NCBI GenBank assembly: GCA_964016885.1
Contig: OZ024743.1
Location: 11,718,001-11,782,000 of the forward strand
Direction: 5' to 3'
Length of the DNA: 64,000 bases
Source: Eledone cirrhosa
Taxonomy: Eukaryota
Shown here: positions 1 to 12,671 of the stretch, one piece after another
How positions within the stretch are numbered: the stretch's first letter is position 1
Layout of the letters: every line of letters starts with the position of its first letter
The notes under the pieces: generated by a model
The model's input: the letters and a program-made list of their open reading frames with translations, nothing else
Told to the model about the DNA's origin: nothing
Database searches by the model: none
Translations under genes and position numbers: made by a program

Positions 1-506
1 GAAAGACTGCACTGAGCCAATCCCACTCTCTGAGCGACAGTAGCTATAACTCGAAAAGAAGAAAATATCAACATCATCGGTAACTACTGCGCCGCAGGTT
101 TTATATCGGAGTTATCCCAGTTTCCTGAGTTGCCTTCTCCTAGAAGAATGCCCTGACAAAGGCTAGGGGTCCTTCACTCCCAGTGGTTTAACCGCGCGAT
201 CGGGTATCCAGCCCGATTATTTCTATGTCCCCGCGCATGTACATACACATGCACCCATGTATATATACATATACATACATACATATGTACATACATATTT
301 ACACACTTTTGGATGGCCGTTGACTTATGAGATCTTCCGCCCTTTTGTCAAGTTTTGTATTTTGTCCAAATTCACCCTCCTCACCAAGTAAACTTGGTGG
401 GGCTGCCGGTTTAGTCGCCGACGACCCAACCATGCAACAGATTGTACTGGGTTACATGTTACCAATAGCACTCAAGAGTGACCTGACATACATACATACA
501 TACTAC

Positions 507-3340
507 ATGATGGCTGCAAACTCGTGTTCAAGTATTGCCATCGCCCAATAAAATGTTCAAAAATGTGAAGCACAAATGTGACTCTTTAAACCAGCCAAAT
601 ACTTGCACCCTCTGGCACACACATGGCAACTTTAGGGTCCCCCAAAACCTTCCATTGCTTTGTTCTGGCTGTATGTTCACATGTATCTTTTAAGACCTCC
701 CATGCTTGTACATTTCTTACACCTTTTCAGATCATAATCTACATGAGGTCTACTGATATGACTTTGTTCATGTCTAATCAAACCAGCTTTGCTCAGGCTG
801 ACTCGACCACAGTGCTGGCAAACCAGATGATGTTCAACAGCAGGCAGTTCAGAACAGTCTCAATGTTAGGTGTTCTCAGTGTTAGGTGTTCTCTCCGACG
901 AGTTTCAAAGTGTTCACCACCTGTCTTGATCAAACGTCTCCACTTCACACGCTCGTCAGCCATTTTCTCCCATTCGTCAGATGAAATTCCAGCACAAGCC
1001 AAGGTGCCCCTGATACAGTCCCGGTACCACCTTTTCGGTTTATGTGGTGGTCGCCTTCCTTCACACAGTTCTCCATAGAGAAGTTGCTTTGGAATACGAT
1101 CATCAGACATCCGGACCACGTGACTGCACCACCTCAACCGATACTGAAAGATTATGCTCTCTCTAGAGCCACATGGCTTAGTGGTTAGAGCATTGGCTTT
1201 GCAATCGAAAGGTTGTGAGTTCAATTCTCAGACCGGGTGATGTGTTGTTTCCTTGAGCAAGACACTATTTCACATTGATCCAGTTTACTCAGCTGTAGAA
1301 ATGAGATGATAGGGACTGGGGTCCCTATCATTCCACTGCAAAGTGGTCGTGGAGGTGCCACGGCAAAAAACCACCCAGCACTCACTGTAAATGAGGTTGG
1401 TGTTAGGAAGGGCATCCAGCTGTAGAAATCAAGCCAGAATCAGTTCCCGTCCCACCCTTGCAAGCAGGGAAAAGTGGACGTGAAATGAAATGATGATAGT
1501 CACGCACCTGCTCCGTTCTAGAACTTCCAAATCACTGGCGAACATTTTCCACCACACCCCAAGTAACTTATGAAGAGATTGTTGGTGAAATCTCTCCAGA
1601 TCCTTGAGGTGCTTTCTGTATGTGACCCACGTTTCACAAACATAAAGTAAAGAGGAGACGACACAAGTCAGATACACTTTCACCTTGGTTACGATAGTGA
1701 TACCTCGTCTGGACCATAAACATTGATGCAGCCGTCCCAAAGCATCACTGGCTTTCTTGATTCTTAAGGATATTTCATTATCATGTGTGCATGAAGTGTT
1801 CAATGTACTACCAAGGTAAACAAACTTGTCAGCAACTTTTAGCCTCTTTCCGTACACGTACACACTTGGTGCAGTGTACTCGTTTCCAGGTACTGGCTGA
1901 TACATCACAACAGTCTTTTCCAAGTTTACTGTGACGCCCAAAGTGCTGCAAGCTGCAGAAAAAGAGTTTATAATAGGCTGCATGTCACTTTGTGAGTTTG
2001 CAAAAAGATCGCAGTCGTCTGCATACAAAAACTCTCGGATTATAGATGTTAATACCTTTGTGCTTGTACCAAAGCGCCTGGTGTTGAACAACCTTCCTGA
2101 AGTGCGATACCTGATGTAAACCCCATGAGAAACACTATCGTAAAATATAAGGAAAACGGAGTTGGAGCCGGAATGTCCCCCTGCTTCACTCCATTTTCAA
2201 CTAATATCCAAACCCATGCAAGCGTGGAACACGGACGTTAAACGATGATGATGATGATTGGTTCAGAGATGCTACCACCAATACTGACCAAAGCCTTCAT
2301 GTCATCATGGAAAAGATGCAGAATCTTCTACCCTACCTTGGATTTTTTTCCTACAACGCAGTTCGATTGACAGTTTCAAAGGCCTTTGTCAAGTCAACAA
2401 AGACCTGGTAAAGGTCCATACATTGTTCGATACACTTTTCTTGCAGCTGCCGAGCAGAAACGATCATATCCACTGTTCCTCTTTCGTTTCTGAACCCACA
2501 CTGCGACTCAGGCAACACATTCAGAGCAACTCTTGGGATCAATCTATCCATCAATATTCGACACGACTTTACCAACTACTGAAAGAAGGGATATGACATG
2601 ATAATTGCCACATTTGTCCTTTCCTTTATGGAGAATCACCATGAGCGCATCCTTCTTGTGGGACATTCTCATCTTCCCACACCATTTTCATGAGGTCAGT
2701 CAGGCGCTGCATGAAGTTTTCACCACCACACTTCAAAACCTCTCCACTCAGACCATCCATACCAGGAGACTTACCACAGTTCAGCTTATGCACAACAGAA
2801 GACCCCTCTGCAAGAGAAGATACATTAGCCATCTCATATGCTTCACTGGTTCAATTGGAATGGAACAAATGAAATCATCATCAACCTGGGATGACTGATT
2901 TAAGAGCTCATCAAAGTGATCTCTCTATCTGTCGAGTGTCTTTTGGGTCGCGCAGTAATTGCTTGCCATCTTTTGATCTCAAAGGGGCCACTGGAGAGCT
3001 GAAAGGGCCATACACCTCTGTGAGTAGAAAGTGCGACAGTTTCACATTGTTGCCGTCAGATGCCACTTGAACTTCATCTGCTTTGTTGCTCCACCAGGTA
3101 TTTTGCATAGCCCTGAGTTTCACCTGCACTTCCTTCTTTACCTGTCTGTAACGCTCATAATTGTCACCAACAGAGCTACTACCTTTAAGAACTTTATCAA
3201 GTGCCTTTTGTTTTCTGTCTAGCAGAGCCTTGACCTCCTGGTCATTCTCATCAAACCAGTCCTTGTTTTCTGTGACAAAGCCAAGGACCTCTGCTGAAGC
3301 CTCATAGACCGAGCTCCTGAAGTCCTTCCAGTTGTTCTCA
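507..3340 (-). mobile_element. Degenerate, 5'-truncated RTE-clade LINE (RT plus C-terminal C2H2-like fingers), interrupted by a SINE and a short LINE-tail insertion
   Basis: Minus-strand ORF pieces carry RTE motifs: DWFDEND (2911-3429), GKSPGMDG (2626-2832), LPESQCGFRNERGTVDM...FVDLTKAF (2351-2575), FLYADD...FVYLGS (1429-2091), LRWCSHVVRMSDDRIPKQLLYGEL (793-1224). Multiple frameshifts; (TATG)n-like tracts at both ends. Confidence 0.92.
1163..1498 (+). mobile_element. tRNA-derived SINE inserted into the RTE element
   Basis: A-box-like TGGCTTAGTGG and B-box-like GAGTTCAATTC head, central ccttgagcaagacact core, and 3' LINE-type tail ggaaaagtggacgtgaaatgaaatgatgat; it splits the RTE reading frame. 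Confidence 0.8.
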
Positions 3341-4078
3341 TACACGCATACATACTTACATATATACATACATCCATCCATCCATATATACATGTATACA
3401 CACATCCATCCATACGTGTATACATACATACATACAATGGTTAAAGTGTTTGACTGACGACCATAAGTTCATGGGTTCATATTTGGGACCGAGTAGTTAT
3501 TGAATCAACCTGATATCAATGTTTATTATACAGCACACTTCCTCTTTGGTATAATATGACACATAGTAATATCTAACATAGTACCCATCTAATCTGTTAT
3601 ATGATTTACCTTTCCTCTGTGAAGGCACATGCCTTAGGGCTTACGGTACTGGACTAACCATTATAAAGTCATGGGCTCGTTTCTTCGATCCTGCAGCATG
3701 TTGCGTCCTTCAGTAAAATACTTTAGTTTGTGTAGCATCTTCTACCAGGACTTGCGGCAGACAGATAATATCAGTAATGGAAAAAACCTTGTTTCATTAG
3801 TATGACCTGGAAATCAGTTCCACTCTATTTATCTTCTTTATTAAAGGCAATCAAATTATTTTTTATTTTATTCTTTTTCTTATTTTTCCATGTTTGTTAA
3901 ATAAATTCCAAAAAATCGAACTAAATTGAAATTTTGTAAAATTTCCATAAAAGTTAATGTTTACAATACAATAAAATGTAATAAAATGTATTGAAGTCGA
4001 CGAAATGTGGACCTTCATTTTCGAAAGATGGATAATGCTATAAGCAGGCCTTACAATATTGTACCACAATTTTCCTTT

Positions 4079-4180
4079 GTGCAAAAGTGGGCAGCCGAAT
4101 TTAGGAAAGGATAGGGGATTCTTGAAGATGACCCAATGTCTGGACGTCCTACAACTACCACTACCGAGGAAAACATTGAT
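4079..4180 (+). mobile_element. Mariner-type transposase fragment (DNA-binding region)
   Basis: Translates VQKWAAEFRKG*GILEDDPMSGRPTTTTTEENID, matching the mariner W...F..G...LED.PRSGRP motif; contains an in-frame stop. Confidence 0.8.
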
Positions 4181-4456
4181 CTCAGTACTGCAACGCCGAT
4201 GGAAGAAGTTAAGGGCCACCTATATTTTCATTTAAGTAACTCCACTTACATCGATATGCTTTATAACCATGACTTTTTTTCTATTTGTTTTCTAATTTGG
4301 CCCTTTTATGTCTTCTCTCTCTCTCTCTCTCTCTCCTCTTCCCTCTCTCTCTCTCAAAAAAACGCGTGAAAACTCCACTTACGCGTGGTAGTAATACGAA
4401 AATAAACGATGTTTCACCACGAAAGTGACAACCGACCGCACCTCACACCTTAGGGG

Positions 4457-5961
4457 TTAACTGCACACTTTCAGACAAGCCAACACACTTGCAGCATCAC
4501 CACGGACGATGGCGAGGCTAAGGTGTTGAAATAACCAAGCACCCTCACAGGCATCACCTGACACCTCAGTAAGGTGAGCCGCTAGTGATGACAAGTACCT
4601 CGCTGTCAGCGGCCCATCTCCACCGAACGTCTTGATCGCCATTTGATAACTCCTGGTATTTCCGAATTTTATTCGGGTCGGCAGCGGAAGCATTGACCTT
4701 CACCACGGCGTCTATGATGTGGCAGGAAGCACGAGTCACTGACTGTGACGTCCCAGATGAGACACCTACTTCTCATCCAGGGACAAAGGGTAACACCGTC
4801 TGGTCTCTTTCCATCACTTCTGGATAAATCAGCCAGTTTCAGAACTGTGGAGATTATTACCCAAGCCAGGGCCCGTTTTATGATCAGGTTTAACTCAGTG
4901 TGATGGGCAAAACGAACAGCATTCAGGCGGCAGGACAAACCATGTAAACCTGTGGAGTCAAGGCATCTTCCACAGCAGCAACTCAAACCCCCTCCCCACA
5001 GACGTCGGCTCCCACACGAAGTGCAATGTTGGCCACAGGCAGGGCATCAATCCAGTCACCTGAGGACTTTTCGCTAGCAGAAAGTAAGCGGCACCTAGAA
5101 AATTGATCGGTAAGATCAAAAAGAGTTAAAAGTTTCCCTCGAACGCAGATTGTCCCATACTCTTTGTTTCCATCTATCCTCATCAGTAACTGGGACTGAC
5201 AAACCCAGCTCTCTCCACTAAAGCTTCATCCAACTTCCTGGTGGAACTAGTCCAAGTCGGGATGGATGGGATGTCACCCACCAAAGGGGAGCAGGCGTGG
5301 ATGGAGGAAAGAAAGCAGTGCACCCAACTGTTATGAGGCGAAGGTGACCGTTGCATTTTGTGGGACCAAACAGTTTAGCTCCAAAGAACAGGGAATGGAT
5401 ATGAGAGAGCACAAGAACAGGATGAAATGGGTTAGATTCTCTAAGAGCTCAAGGCCGGCATCCCCAGTCGATAAGGAGACACCGTCCTTGAGGTGCTGAG
5501 GTCGAAGACCATCAATCCTTGCAACAGAACCTGCCGGAAAGGATATTATCATTTTCCTAGCGATAGCTGGGGTGGAGCCAGGTTGAAAATAACCTGTGTG
5601 GTCATCCGAAGGAGCAGGAGGATGTTTTGTCTCAGTCGGTTGAGAGAATTATTGCTCATTTCAGGTTGACGATCAACTCAGTTCCAACCAATGGTTGATT
5701 GCCAGACTTAAAGAAGGCCGTCAGTGCTAAATTCAATAAATTTGACATTAAAGGGGCTGTTTGCCTCCTCTCTGTCAACCCTCACCTAGTGCACTAAAGA
5801 TTCTCTCAACCGACTGAGACAAAACATCCTCCTGCTCCTTCGGATGACCACACAGGTTATTTTCAACCTGGCTCCACCCCAGCTATCGCGAGGAAAATGA
5901 TAATATCCTTTCCAGCAGGTTCTGTTGCAAGGATTGATGGTCTTCAACCTCAGCACCTCAA
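4457..5961 (-). mobile_element. Degenerate CRE-clade non-LTR retrotransposon (RT plus zinc knuckle plus restriction-like endonuclease) with inverted 5' segment
   Basis: Minus-strand peptides SFPAGSVARIDGLRPQHLKD, FFGAKL, IALRVGADVC, CCCG...GLHGLSC...HTELNLIIKRAL...DGKRPDGVTLCPW...LIWDVT, WLFQHLSLAIVRGDAASVLACL. Segment ~5655-5961 is element sequence on the plus strand. Confidence 0.85.
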
Positions 5962-6039
5962 ATATGGAATAGATCTCTGTCAGTTTCGACAATGAATGTT
6001 CAAGCTGTTCACTCAAGAAATTAACCTGTGAGTGGCTGA

Positions 6040-6300
6040 GCATTCCACAGACATGTGTACCCATAACATAATTCTCGGTGTATTTCAGCATGACATTGTA
6101 TGTGCAACAAAGCGGACCCCTTGAATTACAGATACAGTCCATCCGACAGACTTTCAAACAGTTTCTGTCTATCTAATTTCACTTGCAAGACATAGATCAG
6201 CCTGTGGCTATGGCAAATAATAGTTGCCCAAGATGTCACACAGTTGAATTGAACCCAGGACTTAATAAATGCAAAGCAAACTCTTTAATCTTTTGGCCAT
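6040..6300 (-). mobile_element. Degenerate SINE; related copy at ~59040-59360
   Basis: Blocks gcattcca(c/t)aga, aattctc, ttgaattacag, cagttt..gtcta and gaacc are shared with 59100-59360; tRNA-like head on the minus strand. Confidence 0.6.
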
Positions 6301-8708
6301 GTTGCATTCACCAAACCAAATATGGGATATGGTAATTAGTAAAGAATAACACACACATCTAAACAGTAGTAACAATCAAACTTCTTTTAATTCCCGATAG
6401 ACAAAATTGTTAAATTTTATTAGGATACTGGCGTTGTTAGTTCTGATTTAATGTTTAATTTCTTTTCCACTAAATATTTTTTCTTTTTCAAAGCATCTGC
6501 AATACCATTTGCAACACAACATATTTAAAAGTCTTAAATCAAGATATGTTTGTACTAATCTTTAGAACTATCATTGAAATCTAAATTATAATATAAAGTA
6601 AGGAGTGTGGGACTGCGTCCAGAATATATTTTTTTATCCCGTTTGTAAAATAAGTTGGATTACTTTGAATAAATAATGAATGAATATTACATAATTTATC
6701 TACTAATTTTCGTTATTCTTGATTAAATATAAATAATTTTGTTGCTTGTTTTAAGATTTACTTCTTTAAAATTTTCAAATGTGAACACTTCCGATTATCG
6801 ATCGCTTAAATAAACATTCATATATTTCCGTCACTAATTTTCTGCTAATGCAGTTTATACATAATATCATCTTTTTTAATGTATCATGGATTATGTTACT
6901 GATTACATAAGACAGTGTAACATAGTATTCGTTCAATTTCTGTGTATATTGTCAATTACGATTTTATTTGATGTATCATATCTACATGCATATATACTTG
7001 CATATAATATCAATATGCACACTACACATGCTAGCAGAAAACCACCCGGATGGTGGTTTTTCTGCTAGTATATTATAATAATTCCCAAAAGCTTGTTAAC
7101 TGTAATATCATTGTGAATTTTTCTAGTAGAAAACTAACATTTCCAATTCTAATACCAGAAAAAAAACATCTTCATTGAAGTGTGGATCAGCACCTTCATT
7201 ACAATATTGGCACATTTGGTATGATGTGACTTCACTTTGGATATAGTTTCACTATCAGGTTTTATATTTTTTAATAAATTTACTAAATGATCACAAGTGT
7301 TTGTAGCAAGCTACTTTCCTTTGGCGCATTGATACTCTTTCCATACGTGCTTTGGCTAAGTTAAGCCAATCGATGCTAACCAAGCTTAATCCAGCTCTTC
7401 TCATCTTTGTTAATAAATCATATAAAAACATGTTAAAGTCTTGTGATGCTATTTGCCACAGCCATCGTCTATAAATGTGATATGGAAATATTCTTTCCAG
7501 AGTTATATTCACAGCAACAGCAACTGAGACTTACAGCAACCTGTAAATTCAACTTACATTTATTGATATAACAAACCATACCTTTCCAATTACAAACAAA
7601 TACATTGTTGTTACATAATCTCGTTGCTATTACATGCTGCTATATTGGCGATCTCTTTTGATACACAATACACATATACAAATAATAACTATTATCCTTT
7701 TTAAATGCTGTCTTCATGTTAAATGAAGAATAGCAGAAAATATATATTACTATGTTAGCTTCAAGCATCAAGGCTTCATCACATTTTCTCATCAAATATT
7801 TGAAAACAGAAATTATTTTATGCTTTTTTCATTTAGAAATAGCTTACTAACATAGAATATTTTGCTATGATATCTCTTCTTCTTCGCCCACTTATTCCTG
7901 AAAGGGTCGTGGGGGCAGAGTCCTCAAACACTCCTTCCAGCAAGTCATGTCAGAAGCAACCATCTCCAACTGATCCGGCTGGATCCCCAAGCTCATGGAT
8001 GTTATCCAACCATCTTGCTCAGGGTCTACCCCTGGTTCTCATCTACAAAATTTGCAGTTCATTTTAAACAAATGAGCAGGAACATCAGACAATCAATTAC
8101 AAAATCTTGACATAGCACACCATTGATCATCATCATCTTCATCATCACCAAATCTCCTTCAAATTATACCTTAGCCACTTTAAACAATGGAAAAAGGCAA
8201 TAAATAGTATTTTCGTCTATATCTGATGATTAGTGTGAAAGTGGAGTATCTGAAATGGCAGAAAGGTGTTTTTTCTTGACCATGTTTATATACACGACCT
8301 ATATATTTTGTTACTAAATGTGATATACACACACACACACACCATCATCATCATCATCATCATCAACATCATTTAATGCCTGTTTTCCCAACTAGCAAAA
8401 TTTGAACAGGTTGCTATAAACCAAGTTAGTAATCAAGTCTCACAGTTGAGCTGTGAGCCTGTATCTTACTCACTCATATTTCTGCATTGTACTAAGTACT
8501 CAATTAGTTAGCAATTTGCTGAAAAATTGCATCATGTTTGGATGGTTACCAGCAACAACAAGCGTTATAGTACAACCTTGGAAGTTTCTGCTCACAGTTT
8601 CTGCTCACTATATTTCCTACACTTTCAGGTATGAATTATGAAACCTCACTATTAGTTTAGATTTAGATGTAATATTATTTAAAAACTTCTAGCTAAAGCA
8701 CAGTACTG

Positions 8709-9200
8709 TCATCATCATCATTATCGTTTAACATCTATTTTCCATGCTAGCAAGGGTTAGACGGCTTTGTCTCATTAGAGGCATGTTGGGTCAGATACCT
8801 ACGTCTTCCTCATATAGGACTGCTTCCAGCTAGATTTCTACGGTAGGATGCCCTTTCTAATGCCAACTACATTTACTGAGTGTGCTGGGTGCTTGTTGTC
8901 GTGACCCCCTACATGACCACTTTACAGTGTGGGCTGGATGCTTTTGTGATACCAACATAACTTTACAGTGTAAGGGTGGTGTGGGGTGTAGTGGGAAGGT
9001 GGTGTAGTGGGTGTATAGTGGATTAAGAGGTGCCTACTGGGTTTATGTTTGAGTCTGTGTGCAATGGAAGGCAGGTCTTCTGTATTACTGCATAACACCA
9101 AAGATCTTGATCCTGTGTCATTGTCTTTGAGAGGTGCAATTGTGCAAGGTCAGCTTTTATCCCCTCGTCCAGGCCTTCCTACTCTGTAGCTTCCAGATGT
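8709..9200 (-). mobile_element. LINE 3' end remnant with (GAT)n tail
   Basis: catcatcatcat...tttaacatctattttccatgctagca is the reverse complement of the tail at 2207-2258 and ~1470-1498; shorter copies near 8343 and 9328. Confidence 0.65.
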
Positions 9201-9669
9201 ATGCAAAGTTTTATCTGATGGGGGACAGCTTATGATCAGGATTTCTATGTTTATCAAACATTTTTGTTTTTTGTTCATTTATTGTTGCCATGATTCACTA
9301 TTTTTGTCCCATTTTGAATTATACATATCATCATCATCATCACCATTTTAATGTCCGTTTTTCCTGCTAGCAATGGTATATAAATAATGCCAAAAGTGCT
9401 AAATACTTTTAATGCTAGTTTTCCTGCCTAGTTAGATTAAGGATTTTCCTGGTAAATTACTAGAAAAAAAGCTACATATGGCATTGAATATGCTAATTGT
9501 GTAACACTACCTTAAAGGTAATCTGCCTATACCCATTCCAACTTTTGTGCAAATATAGTACACAGAGGATGATAATATCCATGTGTCCTATATTTTTTAA
9601 GACAATATGATTTGGTTGCTATTTCTAGCAGGCCTATGAACCATATAAGAGTTTGTTAAACTATTGTAT

Positions 9670-10093
9670 TTAATCCTACTCTATATTTACTTTAGTATTT
9701 TCACTGTAAAGACTTTCTCTCACATAGTAGCGAATCTATGAGATTTTGATATTATTTATTTTGAGAACAATACCTTAACCCTTTAGCATTTAAACCGGCC
9801 ATATCCGGCCAGAATTCTCTCACCCCTTTCTGTTCAAACCTGTTGTAACTGGCCACTCATACTGACATTAAAGTATTGTTCACAAAATAAATAATAACAT
9901 CATCAAAATCTCATAGATTCCATATTATGTGAGATAATTATATAAGATCAAGCCTTTACTATGAAAATATAATAGAGTAATGTAAATGCTAAAAGGTTAA
10001 AGTTGGTATGAGGGGCCAGTTATGGCTGATTTGAACAGAAAGAGGTGAGAGAATTCTGCCCAGATATGGCCGGTTTAAATGCTAAAGGGTTAA
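9670..10093. mobile_element. Nested pair of TTAA-targeting (piggyBac-like) MITEs
   Basis: Inner copy 9779-9996 has CCCTTTAGCATTTA...TAAATGCTAAAAGG termini and TTAA at 9775-9778 and 9997-10000. The outer copy is in opposite orientation and split at its internal TTAA. Confidence 0.85.
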
Positions 10094-11102
10094 GCTAGTT
10101 GTTGTTTAGCCCCAGGTCAATTTTGGAATGACTAAACTTAAGATCAAAGGAGATATTTCTGTCATGGTTATCCTGCATTTTTATACAGAAAGGACTATGT
10201 GTTCTTTGCTTTTTAAGGTGGTAGGGTGTGATTTAAGGGAGATTTGGCAGCTATTTCTTGCAAGTAGAGAATAACACATTGTCCCATTCATGAGATCAAT
10301 TTGTAGCAATTCCAAGGACTTTAATTGTGTTTTAATGCATAGTGAGACTGCTACCTTTAATTGCGATAAGGGTTTTTGTTTATGGAAATTATTCCATCAA
10401 CATATTATTTTCTATTCATGGAGGCAATGCAGTTCAAAGTAGGGTGACTAGGCTATGTGTGAGTGTTGCCTGTTAGTGGAATATTATCAAAAAGAGAAGA
10501 GTGGTATAAACTGCATAGAAGTGTGTACAATAAACGTGAAAATAGAACAGTCATTAATGTACAGAATAAATAAGTATGGGAGACTTATAGCTAGACTTTA
10601 GGGTACACCAGATTGATAGTCAGTAGATCAAAGAAAGACCCATGTGCTTGTGCTTGGTCAGCAATGAAGCATTGTGTCAAGAAACTCTTGACCAAAGAGA
10701 TGAGAAATAGATGCAACTTATAGGTAGTCAACTTAGCTAGCAAGTTTTCATGGTAGAGAAGAAGATAACAAACACTACTATCATTGAAGTTCCCAAGTTT
10801 GGAAGACTACTAGTATATGTTTTAAGAGAGCAAGTTTGTGGAAGATCTGGTGATACAAATACTGACTGGTTGGTTGTAGGAAATTGTCTGATACTCAATT
10901 CTACTCAAGACAGTGACATTTTAATACCAACTCCATTACCTTCAAGGATGTTAGCAATGATTGTGGTAAGTCAATAATTGACACGGGCAGAGAGGTTATC
11001 CATCTTGGAAATGGGATAAACTCTACAATGTTTTCATAAATTAAGACAGACATGTAGAGAGAAAGATTGAAGCATAACATCACCAACATTTTATTATATT
11101 AA

Positions 11103-11321
11103 CCCTTTAGCATTTAAACTAGCGATATCCAGCCAGAATTCTCTCACCTCTTTCTGTTCAAACTGGCTGTAACTGGCCACTTATACTGATGTTAAGGTAT
11201 TGTCCTCTAAATAAATAATATCAATCTCACAGATTCGATATCATGTGAGATAATTATGTGAGGTAAAGTCTTTTCTGTGAAAATACAACAGTAAATATAG
11301 AGTAATGTAAATGCTAAAGGG
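11103..11321. mobile_element. TTAA-flanked MITE, same family as 9779-9996
   Basis: TIRs CCCTTTAGCATTTA / TAAATGCTAAAGGG with TTAA at 11099-11102 and 11322-11325; internal sequence aligns with 9779-9996. Confidence 0.88.
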
Positions 11322-11487
11322 TTAAAGAATTATTAGATTATTTTTTTTGATTAGACACAAATACTTTTTTTTTTTGTTAAAACATCTTGTGCATATAAAC
11401 ACAGAATATGATTTATAAAAGAAATACAACAATAAAATTTAATAAAAAAAATAAGAGAAACTGTACACACTACAAGGAATGCTGGTG

Positions 11488-11660
11488 TTAACCTAAAAAA
11501 ATTTTAAGGCAAGCCAAGATACTCATAGCATACCCAGGGGTGATAGCAGTGCAAAGATACTGGAATAGCGAAACAGTCACAAGCATCCCCTGATCAGTAA
11601 TGCGCGCTGCAAACACCGACAAGAATTTCTTTGTCAGCGGCTCAGCTCCTGCAAATACCT
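11488..11660 (-). mobile_element. CRE-like retroelement C-terminal relic
   Basis: LFQYLCTAITPGYAMSILACLK resembles LFQHLSLAIVRGDAASVLACLK of the 4457 element. Confidence 0.6.
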
Positions 11661-12671
11661 TCAGTGTCACAGAGTCTGAAAGATGTAATTTTCTAATATT
11701 CAAAGAATGGAGTAAGGTAATTTCAGTCGATTTCAGCTATTTATTTTAACAATACCAGATGGATGATTAGCAAGCAATGGCACTACCTTATCGCGGCAGA
11801 ATAATTGGGTCGTGCTTGGTCAGTCGCCAGGCCTTTAAGTCGACGGAGGAGGAATACCAAGCAGAAATTTCTGCCCAGCAAGGGATTTCGTGCCTTTTTT
11901 TACTTCTACCTATCAGTTACGGCTTCCATTTCGTGGACACAAGAAGTCACTAATTACGTTCCCGGTCGATACTAGCAAGATGTAGCACTTAACAAGGAAC
12001 TTCGGCCCTCTCAGCAAGGGCCCAGCAACATTCCTTTCTACCAAAATATCTATTCACTTGAGTTGCGTTCCAGGCTCCGTTCTGAGTGGACTCATGCAAC
12101 TCCTTACTGATTTTTATGCAGCTTACTTCACGGTGAAACTATGTGTTAATTCATTTTAAAGATAATAAACCATTATTACAAGTTTAAATAAGCTTTCGGA
12201 TTCTTTCATCAACTATGGAACTTATTACTAAACGTAAGCACGCAGCCTATCAATTTATATCCATACCTAAGGGCATCCTCTCTTCCTTCAATGGAAAATC
12301 CAGCAGCACCGCGGACTATACCAACCTATAAATAAATATCATCTTTTCTGATCCCTTTCCGCAACCAAGAACAAAATACTTAAACGCTTGCTGTTAAAGT
12401 GATCTCACAACTAAATCTTTTCTAGCTAAAGATGAAATATATAATTATAAAAACATTGTGAAGTCTTGTGATGCTATTGCCACAGACATAGCCTTTAAAT
12501 GTAATATGGAAAGATCCTTTCCAGAGTTATTATCACTGCAGCAACAGAACCTGGGACTTACAGCCGAACCCCAATTCAACTAACATCGCCATATAACAAA
12601 ACCGTTACATTTATTGATATAACCAAACCATACCTTTCCTGCTACAACAAAACACATCATTATTATTATTA

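Noticed and set aside
121-487. Possible HDV-like or twister ribozyme in the presumed RTE 5' UTR segments
   Set aside because: Hairpins and a GAGGG are present, but I could not build the required pseudoknots by eye; a covariance-model search would be needed.
1170-1240. tRNA gene
   Set aside because: The tRNA-like boxes are the head of a SINE; there is no proper acceptor stem and the sequence continues into SINE body.
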